Positions 1-7,592 of a stretch of DNA of 20,000 nt are shown here, one piece after another (position 1 is the stretch's first letter; every line of letters starts with the position of its first letter). The notes under the pieces are model-generated. The model made no database searches and had not been told where the DNA came from. It was given only the letters and a program-made list of their open reading frames with translations. Both the position numbers and the translations under genes were made by a program. Origin of the DNA: an uncultured virus (IMG/VR IMGVR_UViG_3300042350_005045) (Duplodnaviria; Heunggongvirae; Uroviricota; Caudoviricetes); the IMG/VR virus record IMGVR_UViG_3300042350_005045; one strand, written 5' to 3'.

Positions 1-99
1 TCTGTTGAGAACTTTCTGTACTCCAACAGAAGCGAGTAGACCCAGACCAGTGCCAAGAATGAGAGCAACACAGGCGTCAGAAAAGTAATTACGTTGCAT
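1..99 (-). CDS. Small membrane-anchored hypothetical protein, N-terminal part only (runs off window start)
   Basis: Manual translation from ATG at 99: MQRNYFSDACVALILGTGLGLLASVGVQKVLNR, open to base 1; starts 3 nt after the stop of the ORF at 103; hydrophobic segment. Confidence 0.6.
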   Translation of the reverse strand, partial: MQRNYFSDACVALILGTGLGLLASVGVQKVLNR

Positions 100-102
100 G
101 AA

Positions 103-291
103 TCAGTTACCTTGCTTGGGTTGGATGACGAATGCCATGTCGTTAGGCATCATGAGTGCCGCTGCACGCAGCCGATACTCATTCACCTTAGTACCGATAT
201 CTTCCTTGGTAGGAAGCTTGGCATTGTCGATAGCTACCGCTGTGTTAAACAATGCAGCAGCAATGTTCTTGCGGATGTTGAGCTTAGTCAT
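103..291 (-). CDS. Hypothetical protein (62 aa, MTKLNIRK...)
   Basis: ORF track 103..363, restarted at ATG 291; tiles with neighbours; A/C-rich leader like other genes in the array. Confidence 0.65.
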   Translation of the reverse strand: MTKLNIRKNIAAALFNTAVAIDNAKLPTKEDIGTKVNEYRLRAAALMMPNDMAFVIQPKQGN

Positions 292-344
292 GAGCTGAGT
301 TGAGTTGGACAGCAGGCTTGATTGCCTGCAGAAAACCCACCGTC

Positions 345-365
345 CGATACGAATTCGTATCAACG
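345..365. repeat. 21-bp repeat copy 1 with perfect 16-bp palindrome GATACGAATTCGTATC (346-361)
   Basis: CGATACGAATTCGTATCAACG identical at 345-365 and 1772-1792; both intergenic. Confidence 0.9.
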
Positions 366-384
366 GAAGGGTTAAGTGCAGGAG

Positions 385-633
385 TCAGAAGATAGTTCCA
401 GCCATTGTGTCGAGATGGAGTTGGCTGATGTACTGATAGTAATCAGACATCGCAGCCAGCAACTCTTTGGTACCACAAGGGATACCTCCACCAAGTGTCT
501 GGGAGTAACGGTCGATCCAGTCAGGATCTCCCTTGTAGTCATCCACCTGCACTTGGTAGTGAAGCATGGTTGATTCTCCTCCATGCCAGGTGATGCGCTC
601 GGTTGCACCTTCGTAAGGGTAGTAGCAGAGCAT
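385..633 (-). CDS. Hypothetical protein (82 aa, MLCYYPYEG...)
   Basis: ORF track 385..657, restarted at ATG 633 downstream of repeat copy 1. Confidence 0.65.
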   Translation of the reverse strand: MLCYYPYEGATERITWHGGESTMLHYQVQVDDYKGDPDWIDRYSQTLGGGIPCGTKELLAAMSDYYQYISQLHLDTMAGTIF

Positions 634-651
634 AGTGTTGAGCTGAGTAGA

Positions 652-719
652 TGCCACGGGATTGTGGCAATACTGAAGGCAGGGATTGCACCTGCCAATG
701 CCGCTTATACGGACTCAGT
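652..719 (-). repeat. Structured intergenic repeat copy 1 (tRNA-like element 719-672 plus hairpin 669-652)
   Basis: Minus strand ACTGAG-T-CCG TATAAG CGG-CATT-GGCAGG TGCAATC CCTGCC-TTCAGT-AT-TGCCAC AATCCC GTGGCA. Confidence 0.85.
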
Positions 720-912
720 GTTGCAGACGGCAGTACTCATCTGTTAGTCCCCGGTATGCCGGATACTCCTGTGAGCGCTGCACGTCTGCTTGCCATCGAG
801 ACTGGAACGGACCTGCAGTGACTTGTTCCACATACTGGAACTCGGTAATTGCAAAGACTTCCTGGAGGAAGTACTGACCGTTACGCTCGATGATGTTGAC
901 GGTGTAATCCAT
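715..912 (-). CDS. Hypothetical protein (65 aa, MDYTVNIIERNG...)
   Basis: ORF track 715..936, restarted at ATG 912; TGA stop lies inside repeat copy 1. Confidence 0.65.
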   Translation of the reverse strand: MDYTVNIIERNGQYFLQEVFAITEFQYVEQVTAGPFQSRWQADVQRSQEYPAYRGLTDEYCRLQH

Positions 913-930
913 AGTATGGTGTGGTGTAAA

Positions 931-998
931 TGCCACAAGATTGTGGCAAGTCTGAACCAGGGGATTGCACCCTGGAACGCCGCTTATACGGACTCAGA
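931..998 (-). repeat. Structured intergenic repeat copy 2
   Basis: Minus strand TCTGAG-T-CCG TATAAG CGG-CGTT-CCAGGG TGCAATC CCCTGG-TTCAGA-CT-TGCCAC AATCTT GTGGCA; compensatory changes versus copy 1. Confidence 0.85.
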
Positions 999-1005
999 TA
1001 CGAAC

Positions 1006-1185
1006 TCAGATGTCGTAACCGTTGGTGATGCACCAGTTACGGTGGAGTGTGTCATGCTCCTTAGGCCAGTCATGGTTGATGCATTGGTGAGCAGTTGCCT
1101 TATCTGTCAAATAGATAACGGCTTGCCCACCAATACCCATGATGGAAGCAGCGATGATCACGTAGGTTGCAATGCGTTGAGTCAC
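1006..1185 (-). CDS. Small protein with N-terminal hydrophobic anchor and two Cys (59 aa, MTQRIATYVIIAAS...)
   Basis: 3' part of track ORF 1006..1407; GTG at 1185 just downstream of repeat copy 3. Confidence 0.6.
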   Translation of the reverse strand: MTQRIATYVIIAASIMGIGGQAVIYLTDKATAHQCINHDWPKEHDTLHRNWCITNGYDI

Positions 1186-1201
1186 TGTCGTTTGGTGTAG
1201 A

Positions 1202-1268
1202 TGCCACGGGATTGTGGCAATAACTGGGCAGGGGTTTGCACCCTGCCTCCCGCTTAGACGGATCAGTC
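1202..1268 (-). repeat. Structured intergenic repeat copy 3
   Basis: Minus strand GACTG-AT-CCG TCTAAG CGG-GA-GGCAGGG TGCAAAC CCCTGCC-CAGTT-AT-TGCCAC AATCCC GTGGCA. Confidence 0.85.
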
Positions 1269-1343
1269 GGTGATGTAACCGATCACACATGCCACCACGA
1301 AGATGGCGGCGAGTGTGAGTGTTTCGGTAACGGTGAAGGTCAC
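1263..1343 (-). CDS. 26-aa hydrophobic micropeptide (MTFTVTETLTLAAIFVVACVIGYITD)
   Basis: GTG at 1343 preceded by GGAG SD; fills the space between repeat copies 4 and 3; stop lies inside copy 3. Confidence 0.55.
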   Translation of the reverse strand: MTFTVTETLTLAAIFVVACVIGYITD

Positions 1344-1364
1344 GGGTATTCTCCGTGTGTGCGG

Positions 1365-1434
1365 TGCCCATCTCCGCTGGGGGCAATAACTGTGGGAGGG
1401 TTTGCACCTCCCAACCCGCTTTAACGGATCAGTT
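1365..1434 (-). repeat. Structured intergenic repeat copy 4
   Basis: Minus strand AACTG-AT-CCG TTAAAG CGG-GT-TGGGAGG TGCAAAC CCTCCCA-CAGTT-AT-TGCCC...GGGCA. Confidence 0.8.
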
Positions 1435-1590
1435 GTTCTCCAGCATCTCGTCCACGTAGGACTTGATGACCTGGAGGTGCTGCGCTCCGAGAGTCTGGCT
1501 ATGACCATGCTCAAGGAGATCAAGGATCTCAAGCATGATCTTGTCGCCAACCTCTTCGCGAGAGAGCAGCTTGGTGGGGTTGATGGTCAC
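1429..1590 (-). CDS. Hypothetical protein (53 aa, MTINPTKLLSREEVG...)
   Basis: Track ORF 1429..1644, restarted at GTG 1590 with GGAG SD; stop lies inside repeat copy 4. Confidence 0.65.
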   Translation of the reverse strand: MTINPTKLLSREEVGDKIMLEILDLLEHGHSQTLGAQHLQVIKSYVDEMLENN

Positions 1591-1771
1591 GGTGTTACTC
1601 CGTAGGGTGAGCTTGGGCTTACACCACTGAAGTGTGGATGCCAAGGTCGTGACCGACCGCCGAGTTGTCTGCTACGTTTAACGTCCAGCTTGACGAGCAA
1701 TCGCTGAGATCCCTTGCGCGAGAACGATTCTTGGCGAATCAGTGCCGCGGGAAGCCTAAAACCCGCACGCG

Positions 1772-1792
1772 CGATACGAATTCGTATCAACG
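1772..1792. repeat. 21-bp palindromic repeat copy 2 (palindrome 1773-1788)
   Basis: Identical to 345-365. Confidence 0.9.
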
Positions 1793-1817
1793 AAGCAGGT
1801 ATTGAGGGCTACATAAA

Positions 1818-1835
1818 CCCCTGGTCGCCCAGGGG
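1818..1835 (-). terminator. GC-rich hairpin with GCGA tetraloop after ORF 1848-2159; possible weak intrinsic terminator
   Basis: Minus strand CCCCTGG GCGA CCAGGGG followed by TTTAT. Confidence 0.4.
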
Positions 1836-1847
1836 AAGAGGTAACCT

Positions 1848-2159
1848 TCAAACGTAGTCAGATACCTTGACAACCTTTGCCTTGAACACATACTTGTCTC
1901 CGCACTTCGTGCAGTAAACAACATGTGTACGCTCACGGCGGCTGCCACGATACAGATGTTCCGCTTCCCAGCAGGCTTCTTGCTCTTCCGAACGAAGCCA
2001 ACCGCTCAGCTCCGCTATCACTTGGTGCGGCGTTACGTCATACCACTCAAGCTGCTTCGCAGTCATCGTGACAGACTTGCCTTCCCACAGATAGCTGGCA
2101 ACCATCTGACAACGGTTGTCGAAATCAACAACCTTCTGCTCTTCCTTGGTCAATTGCAT
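1848..2159 (-). CDS. Hypothetical protein (103 aa)
   Basis: ORF track, ATG start; contains a CxxC (YCTKCG). Confidence 0.7.
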   Translation of the reverse strand: MQLTKEEQKVVDFDNRCQMVASYLWEGKSVTMTAKQLEWYDVTPHQVIAELSGWLRSEEQEACWEAEHLYRGSRRERTHVVYCTKCGDKYVFKAKVVKVSDYV

Positions 2160-2391
2160 TGAACTAAACGCGATGGTACTCTGCGTTCTACGGATGCGCA
2201 GCCCCCGATAACTATTTCAACCCCTCACACCTTTCTTTTTTTCTATACGTATTTCACTACGCGTGGGGTGTTGGAGAAGCCTCAGATAATTTTTTATCCT
2301 TTTTTGACCCTATAGGGGGCCTTCTTTTGTAGCACAACGTACCAAAACTTAAAAAGTGTCGCGCTATTTAAGGTTTTACCCTAATTTACAG

Positions 2392-2419
2392 ACAAAAATG
2401 CCGGGGTATTATCCCCGGC
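2392..2419 (-). terminator. Rho-independent terminator of ORF 2452-2658
   Basis: Minus strand GCCGGGG ATAATA CCCCGGC followed by ATTTTTGT. Confidence 0.7.
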
Positions 2420-2451
2420 TGTATGTGAATTTACTTTTGTGTTACCTAAAA

Positions 2452-2658
2452 TCAAAAACTGTTCTTTGCTTTCTTTGCGGCAACGGCTGCATCAAAGTAA
2501 TTTTCTACATCTGGCCGTTGATCAGCTAGTTCTTTCCTGGCGCCAACCGTAAAACTCTTCACGGTAAGGGGATCAGCGCCACTTGCCGCTAGCTTTTCTG
2601 CTTCTTCGGTAATTGCATCTAATGCAACAACGCGTTCTGCCCGGTTTTTAGGGTTCAT
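2452..2658 (-). CDS. Hypothetical protein (68 aa)
   Basis: ORF track; helical composition; followed by terminator; divergent from the 2781 gene. Confidence 0.7.
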   Translation of the reverse strand: MNPKNRAERVVALDAITEEAEKLAASGADPLTVKSFTVGARKELADQRPDVENYFDAAVAAKKAKNSF

Positions 2659-2780
2659 CTCGTGTTAAATCCCTAGATTCAGGGTATTCTTACGTCTTCT
2701 GCTACTACTTTAACGCATCTACGTGCGTTTTAATACCCTAAAATACAAATAACAGGATCACATAAGCAAATAAAGGACTC

Positions 2781-5700
2781 ATGGCACTAGCACCCGCTGA
2801 CTTTTACGCTTACAGCCGTGCAACCGGGGTGCCGGTACCAGAAGATCCGGAAGAAAGGGCTGAAATGGCTCCAGAGGTCCTGGAATTCCGCCGTAATCAG
2901 CTCAAAGCCCCTGATCAAGGCGGTAATCTCCTTGGTGCCGTGGGAGCTGCTCTTGCCGGCGCTGGCATTTTGGGTGGCGGGTTCCTTGGCGTCCGTGCAT
3001 TACGTGGGCGAGAGGCGCAAAAAACGCCACAAGCCCCCTTGGGGGTAAATCTGACGGATCTTGGCAAGGTCAAAGAGACTCCTTTGCGGTCAACAGCACC
3101 TGCTCCTTCAAAAATTGCTGATCCATGGGGCGCTCCAACTGCAATTCCTCGTTCAACTGTCGATTTAACTCAGTTACAAGAACAACAAACCCCACTTGTT
3201 GCCAAACAACAAGTAGAAGCAGCAGATACTGGATTAGATCAACAAGATTTTGAAATTAATCGCGCTGTGCAAGCTGATATTGATACGACACGCTTTGGCG
3301 GCACATCTTCTGTTAGTTTGCCAATTGTTTTTAAGCGTCAGGATTCTCCCCTGGTAGATGCAGTAGGCACCGTCTTGCCAGTAGGCGACTCTCTCATTGC
3401 TAAATTAAATCGTAATAAGACGCGTCGTCAACTTGCGTTAAACCAAGCAAGGGCAACCCTGGGCCTAGAGCAGGCAGATGCGCCTTTGCCAGAAGGTTTC
3501 AGCATGGTTGCCGAGGCACAAGAAGGTGGTCGTATCGGTGAACTTGCTGCACAAAAACTTAGAGAAGCAAAGGAGCGTAGGCAAAACCAAACCGCTGCTC
3601 CTATTTCACAGCAATGGCAAGAACTTTTATTCGATGAATCTGGTTTGTTGAATAAAAAGGTAATTGCTCAAAACCTGGGAGACGAAAAAGTATTTCCCAA
3701 ATCTTTGGCCGATCTCTTGACCAAGGGCATGTCATCATCTTCTTCAATACAAGCTTTGCGTACTGGCAATTTTGAAGATATTGATATTGATCCCGCCATT
3801 CACGCAGCGGTCACTCAACATGTCAAGGAAAATGTTATTAAATACGACGACGCTGATTCCATTAAAAGTTATTTACTCGGCGGTGGCGCTGGTGGTGAAT
3901 ATCAGTCACCTAGTACCAAAGGCTTTGGGTACACTGGTACTACCTCAATGCCCACTCAAGTTATTTCTATTTCCAAAAAAGGAGGTGAAGAAACTGTTTC
4001 AATCTCTGGCCCCAGGACATCTAGCCGTAGAACACGTAGTGATTTAGAACCCCTCTTCTTTGATCCTGACACTAATACATTAATCAGCAAGTCTGATATT
4101 GGTGCGACACAATCCAGTGAGTCTGTCGCTGGTTCAGGCATTGGCGAAGAAGTGGGTCAAGCAGTGGCTTTTGTTCCTCGCAAGGAAGTCGCTGGTTTTG
4201 TTAGCTTGCCAGGTGTTAGTGCCTCTGGCCCTGAAGATGTAGCTAAAGCTCAAGGGGTTGGTTACGCTTTTGGTGGCGTTAAAGAATACGGATCTGCCGG
4301 CACCCGACAAATTTCTCCCGAAGCTTGGAAACAAATCCGTGAGCGCAGGAAGGAACTTGGTTTAAAACCAAACGAAACCAACGAAGAAATCGAAGGCATG
4401 CTTGCACGTGCCCGTGGAACAGAGGAAATTGATCTTTCCGTTGAACTGCGGCCTTTATTTAGCGATCCAAGGGATGCTCTTGAGCAAGACAAAGTTAAAC
4501 TTTCAAAAACCAATCAACCTTACTTAAGAATTGATCCGCTTATGTTACAAGCCAATCCAGGGCTTGAGCGGCATTTAAATTCTGATCCGCAATATGGCAA
4601 CACTTTATTCATTAATCCGGCTACTGGTAAAAACTTTGCGTCACCGCATGAAGCAACAAGTGCATATAACAGATTTGCAAATAATCTCAATGCAAAACTA
4701 ATTTCTTCTGCCGAAGGACGTATAGAAGCCCTGGAAAAAGGTGAGAATTTAAATATTCAATTAACGGCACCCGGTAACAAAAAAGTTACAACTGCCTTAA
4801 ATCCAAACCTCGTTGTTGATCAAGTTGTCCGTCGTAATCCAAAAGGTGAAACCGTTGTTTCGGACGTTACTCTATCGCAGGCAATTCGCAATCAATTACT
4901 GTCGCCATTTGTCAAAGATAACAGTGGCGGCATTGTGCGCGATGCAGCAGGGTTGCCCATGAGAAGTGCTCCTCTTATTCAGGAGCACACCATGATTGAC
5001 GAGGAGGGTTACGAAGGCGCTAAGTACTTCAAGCAAGCTCGCTACCTGGTACCTGAAGACAGGACTTATGTTGATAAAGAAACCGGCGAGACTAGAGCAA
5101 GCATGCTTGGCTTAGGTGATACTGGACTAGAGCTTGCCCCAACCACTCGCACAGCAGGAAACGCAGATACACGTTTAACCGCAAAGAACAATTACCTCTT
5201 CTTACAAGGAGTTAATAACGCATTAGAAAGTGTTACCGGTCAACGTGCCAAGGTTATTGATGATGCGTTGTACTTAGGACAAACCAAAGGTTTTGAATTT
5301 CTTGGCGGACCAAGTAAAAACCCTGTCTTACGTGAGGCTTTAGCAATTGCCAATACATTGGCTCAAACATCTGAAAAATCTCGAGTCCGTGTACAAGAAC
5401 CTGGCGAAGACTTTGGCTTAGGCGAACGCTATGGACTTGGTGCTAGCCGTTCTGAACGTCCCCGCCGTAATGTTCCTAGTGGCGTTCAACTGACTGATCT
5501 ACCACTTCAAAAAGTTGTTGAAACTGAAGTTAGAGATCCAAGCAGCGGAGAAATGCGTCGTGTTTCTCAACTTGTCGGTACAAATCAAATTTTGACACGT
5601 AATTTAAGTCCTGAAGTTATTGGCGGCAAACGCCTTGCTGCTTTCGTCCTTGATTATACACAGACATCTGGCAGGCCAATGCGTGCCGCTGATTTCAATC

Positions 5701-6221
5701 AGGCGGTCTTAGATCTTGCTGGCCAACTTGGCGCAAATCCAGCAGAACTAAGTAAAGAAGCAGCAAAATCGCTCCGTGGAGCTAGAACACAAGCACGTGT
5801 TGGTCCAACGATGGCACAAGGTCGTCAGGCACTTTCTGTAATGGACCGACTATCTCCCACCGAAGAAATCGCACAGACCATTGCAGAGTATGACTTTGGC
5901 GAAGTACTTGAATCTCCTGCACTTGCCGCTGAACTAGACACTGTTCATTTGGTCAGAAATAATAAAACCGGCAAAACCGAGAAAATGACCCTCAGGGAAA
6001 TGAACGCAAGAAATTATCCGGAAATATTTGGAAATCAGTTTGTTTCTACAGCTCCTTTAGACGTTGACATGGAGTTAACAACGCGTCAAGCGCAACGCTC
6101 TAGAGTAGAACCAGCGGGGTCCACTGAGCAATTTACAGTTGATGATCAAATGCTCTCGGGTAAAATAGGTCAATTGATGGCCCAGGCAGGACGTCGTGCT
6201 GGTAAACGGAGGAATCGTTAA
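2781..6221 (+). CDS. Large hypothetical protein (1146 aa), possibly virion-associated
   Basis: Long ORF, AAGGA SD, Gly/Ala hydrophobic stretch near the N-terminus; no catalytic motif recognised. Confidence 0.85.
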   Translation: MALAPADFYAYSRATGVPVPEDPEERAEMAPEVLEFRRNQLKAPDQGGNLLGAVGAALAGAGILGGGFLGVRALRGREAQKTPQAPLGVNLTDLGKVKETPLRSTAPAPSKIADPWGAPTAIPRSTVDLTQLQEQQTPLVAKQQVEAADTGLDQQDFEINRAVQADIDTTRFGGTSSVSLPIVFKRQDSPLVDAVGTVLPVGDSLIAKLNRNKTRRQLALNQARATLGLEQADAPLPEGFSMVAEAQEGGRIGELAAQKLREAKERRQNQTAAPISQQWQELLFDESGLLNKKVIAQNLGDEKVFPKSLADLLTKGMSSSSSIQALRTGNFEDIDIDPAIHAAVTQHVKENVIKYDDADSIKSYLLGGGAGGEYQSPSTKGFGYTGTTSMPTQVISISKKGGEETVSISGPRTSSRRTRSDLEPLFFDPDTNTLISKSDIGATQSSESVAGSGIGEEVGQAVAFVPRKEVAGFVSLPGVSASGPEDVAKAQGVGYAFGGVKEYGSAGTRQISPEAWKQIRERRKELGLKPNETNEEIEGMLARARGTEEIDLSVELRPLFSDPRDALEQDKVKLSKTNQPYLRIDPLMLQANPGLERHLNSDPQYGNTLFINPATGKNFASPHEATSAYNRFANNLNAKLISSAEGRIEALEKGENLNIQLTAPGNKKVTTALNPNLVVDQVVRRNPKGETVVSDVTLSQAIRNQLLSPFVKDNSGGIVRDAAGLPMRSAPLIQEHTMIDEEGYEGAKYFKQARYLVPEDRTYVDKETGETRASMLGLGDTGLELAPTTRTAGNADTRLTAKNNYLFLQGVNNALESVTGQRAKVIDDALYLGQTKGFEFLGGPSKNPVLREALAIANTLAQTSEKSRVRVQEPGEDFGLGERYGLGASRSERPRRNVPSGVQLTDLPLQKVVETEVRDPSSGEMRRVSQLVGTNQILTRNLSPEVIGGKRLAAFVLDYTQTSGRPMRAADFNQAVLDLAGQLGANPAELSKEAAKSLRGARTQARVGPTMAQGRQALSVMDRLSPTEEIAQTIAEYDFGEVLESPALAAELDTVHLVRNNKTGKTEKMTLREMNARNYPEIFGNQFVSTAPLDVDMELTTRQAQRSRVEPAGSTEQFTVDDQMLSGKIGQLMAQAGRRAGKRRNR

Positions 6222-6223
6222 TC

Positions 6224-6439
6224 ATGGCTGAAAAGAAAACGAAAGACAAAAAGTGGATTCAAGGCATGGAGATGAAAGAGGGTGCCTTTACTGCTAAAGC
6301 AAAACGTAAAGGCATCACCACCGCTCAACTCCAAGAAAACGTGCTATCCAATCCAGATGAGTACGATGAAAAAACTGTGAAGCAAGCACGGCTTCGTCAG
6401 ACGTTGGTAGGATTGAAAAAACGTAAAGATAAGAAGTAA
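6224..6439 (+). CDS. Small basic phage protein (KKWIQ...GAFTAKAK...ARLRQTL)
   Basis: ORF track; Lys-rich; tightly coupled to neighbours. Confidence 0.8.
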   Translation: MAEKKTKDKKWIQGMEMKEGAFTAKAKRKGITTAQLQENVLSNPDEYDEKTVKQARLRQTLVGLKKRKDKK

Positions 6440-7017
6440 TGGCAAAGGATCATCGCTTAGCTTTAGATCGTTACATTGACTACACAAAGGATCCTTTTCT
6501 TAAAAAACGTCAAGTCAACTTTGACGATTCTTTTGCATCTAAACCATCCAGTGGTGCGGCACCGTGGATGCCAAGCCGATTCGAGCAATCGGACTTATTG
6601 CGTCGTATTCAAACACGTAAGCTAGCACTGAACCCAGGCCTCAACTTCGTTGGTAATACACCAGAAGAATATGAGGTGTTTGCTGACATCGGTCGTTTTG
6701 TGCGCAACGAAAGCTATGACTTCAACGAAGGACGCGCTCTGACAACCTTGCGTCCTGAGGACCAACCAGGCTTTTCTCCTGTGTGGGTAGAAGCCTATCG
6801 CATCAGTCCAACCGTTAATCCGGATAAGCGAGCAAGTAATCCAATGCCACGTATGGCTAACCCTGATCCTAAGGGTTATATGATGGCATCAGCAGAGAAG
6901 CGTGCATTAGATGAGATGGAAGATAATAAGTCTGTTGCTCAACTACTTGATAAACCTTCAGCAGAAGACAGCAAGGAAACGTTTAAAAAGAACAATGAAA
7001 AGCCAGGAAAAGCCTAG
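6439..7017 (+). CDS. Hypothetical protein (192 aa)
   Basis: ORF track; TAATG stop/start overlap. Confidence 0.8.
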   Translation: MAKDHRLALDRYIDYTKDPFLKKRQVNFDDSFASKPSSGAAPWMPSRFEQSDLLRRIQTRKLALNPGLNFVGNTPEEYEVFADIGRFVRNESYDFNEGRALTTLRPEDQPGFSPVWVEAYRISPTVNPDKRASNPMPRMANPDPKGYMMASAEKRALDEMEDNKSVAQLLDKPSAEDSKETFKKNNEKPGKA

Positions 7018-7043
7018 GTCTATAATAGAGAAAAAGTAATAAC

Positions 7044-7592
7044 ATGGCGTCGTTAGCAGGGTTTGGTCAATTATTAAAAGAAGTAGCCAGACCCGCCTTG
7101 ACGAGCGGTGGACTTGCTAGCGTCATGTCTTTAATGGGCGGTGGAACTCCGCTGCAAGCTCTCGCGTCAGGTGCTGTTGATGCTGCTGCAGACGTTGTGA
7201 CCCTTGGGGCGCTGCGCAAATTATCTCCAAAGTCGTATACCAAGCGTACGTTAATTGACGAAAAAACAGGAGAAAAAACAGTCCAACAAGGCTCGCATCC
7301 TTTAGAGACTCCCCTTAACATTGCCACTTCCCTTGGCGCTGGCTATGTAACAGCTCCACTCATTTACGGAACTGGACAGTCGCAGCAGATTGCACAACAA
7401 GTTGAGCAACGCGCTTTAATCAATAACCTGGCACAAGAACAACTCCTGTCCCCTGGCACTAATTTTCAAATGGCAGGAATGCCTGACCCTCAGGATTTTC
7501 AACAGCTCTTAAATCAACGCAACAACTGGACTCAGTACTTAAGTCCTGAAGATCAAGCGCTAATGCAACAAACCCTGGGAGGAGTAGTGTAA
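7044..7592 (+). CDS. Gly/Ala/Gln-rich hypothetical protein, putative virion protein
   Basis: ORF track; TATAAT at 7021 upstream. Confidence 0.8.
   Translation: MASLAGFGQLLKEVARPALTSGGLASVMSLMGGGTPLQALASGAVDAAADVVTLGALRKLSPKSYTKRTLIDEKTGEKTVQQGSHPLETPLNIATSLGAGYVTAPLIYGTGQSQQIAQQVEQRALINNLAQEQLLSPGTNFQMAGMPDPQDFQQLLNQRNNWTQYLSPEDQALMQQTLGGVV

Noticed and set aside
652..1434. CRISPR array or integron attC array
   Set aside because: Repeats are about 68 nt, diverge with covariation and are separated by 100-210 nt coding genes; no cas or integrase gene; no GTTRRRY/RYYYAAC ends seen
672..1434. Genuine tRNA genes or hammerhead ribozymes
   Set aside because: Only 47-48 nt, no anticodon arm and no CCA; CTGA is present but the CUGANGA...GAAA hammerhead core is not
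1006..1550. Long versions of ORFs 1006-1407 and 1263-1550
   Set aside because: N-terminal extensions read through structured repeats and other genes; internal GTG starts at 1185 and 1343 fit better
94..2162. Plus-strand ORFs over the left array (94-303, 376-573, 790-1200, 1402-1605, 1923-2162 and others)
   Set aside because: Shadows of minus-strand genes that tile cleanly with repeats and SD or leader sites
2781..6221. Tape measure, tail fibre or virion RNA polymerase call for the 1146-aa protein
   Set aside because: No periodic aromatic repeats, fibre repeats or polymerase motifs recognised
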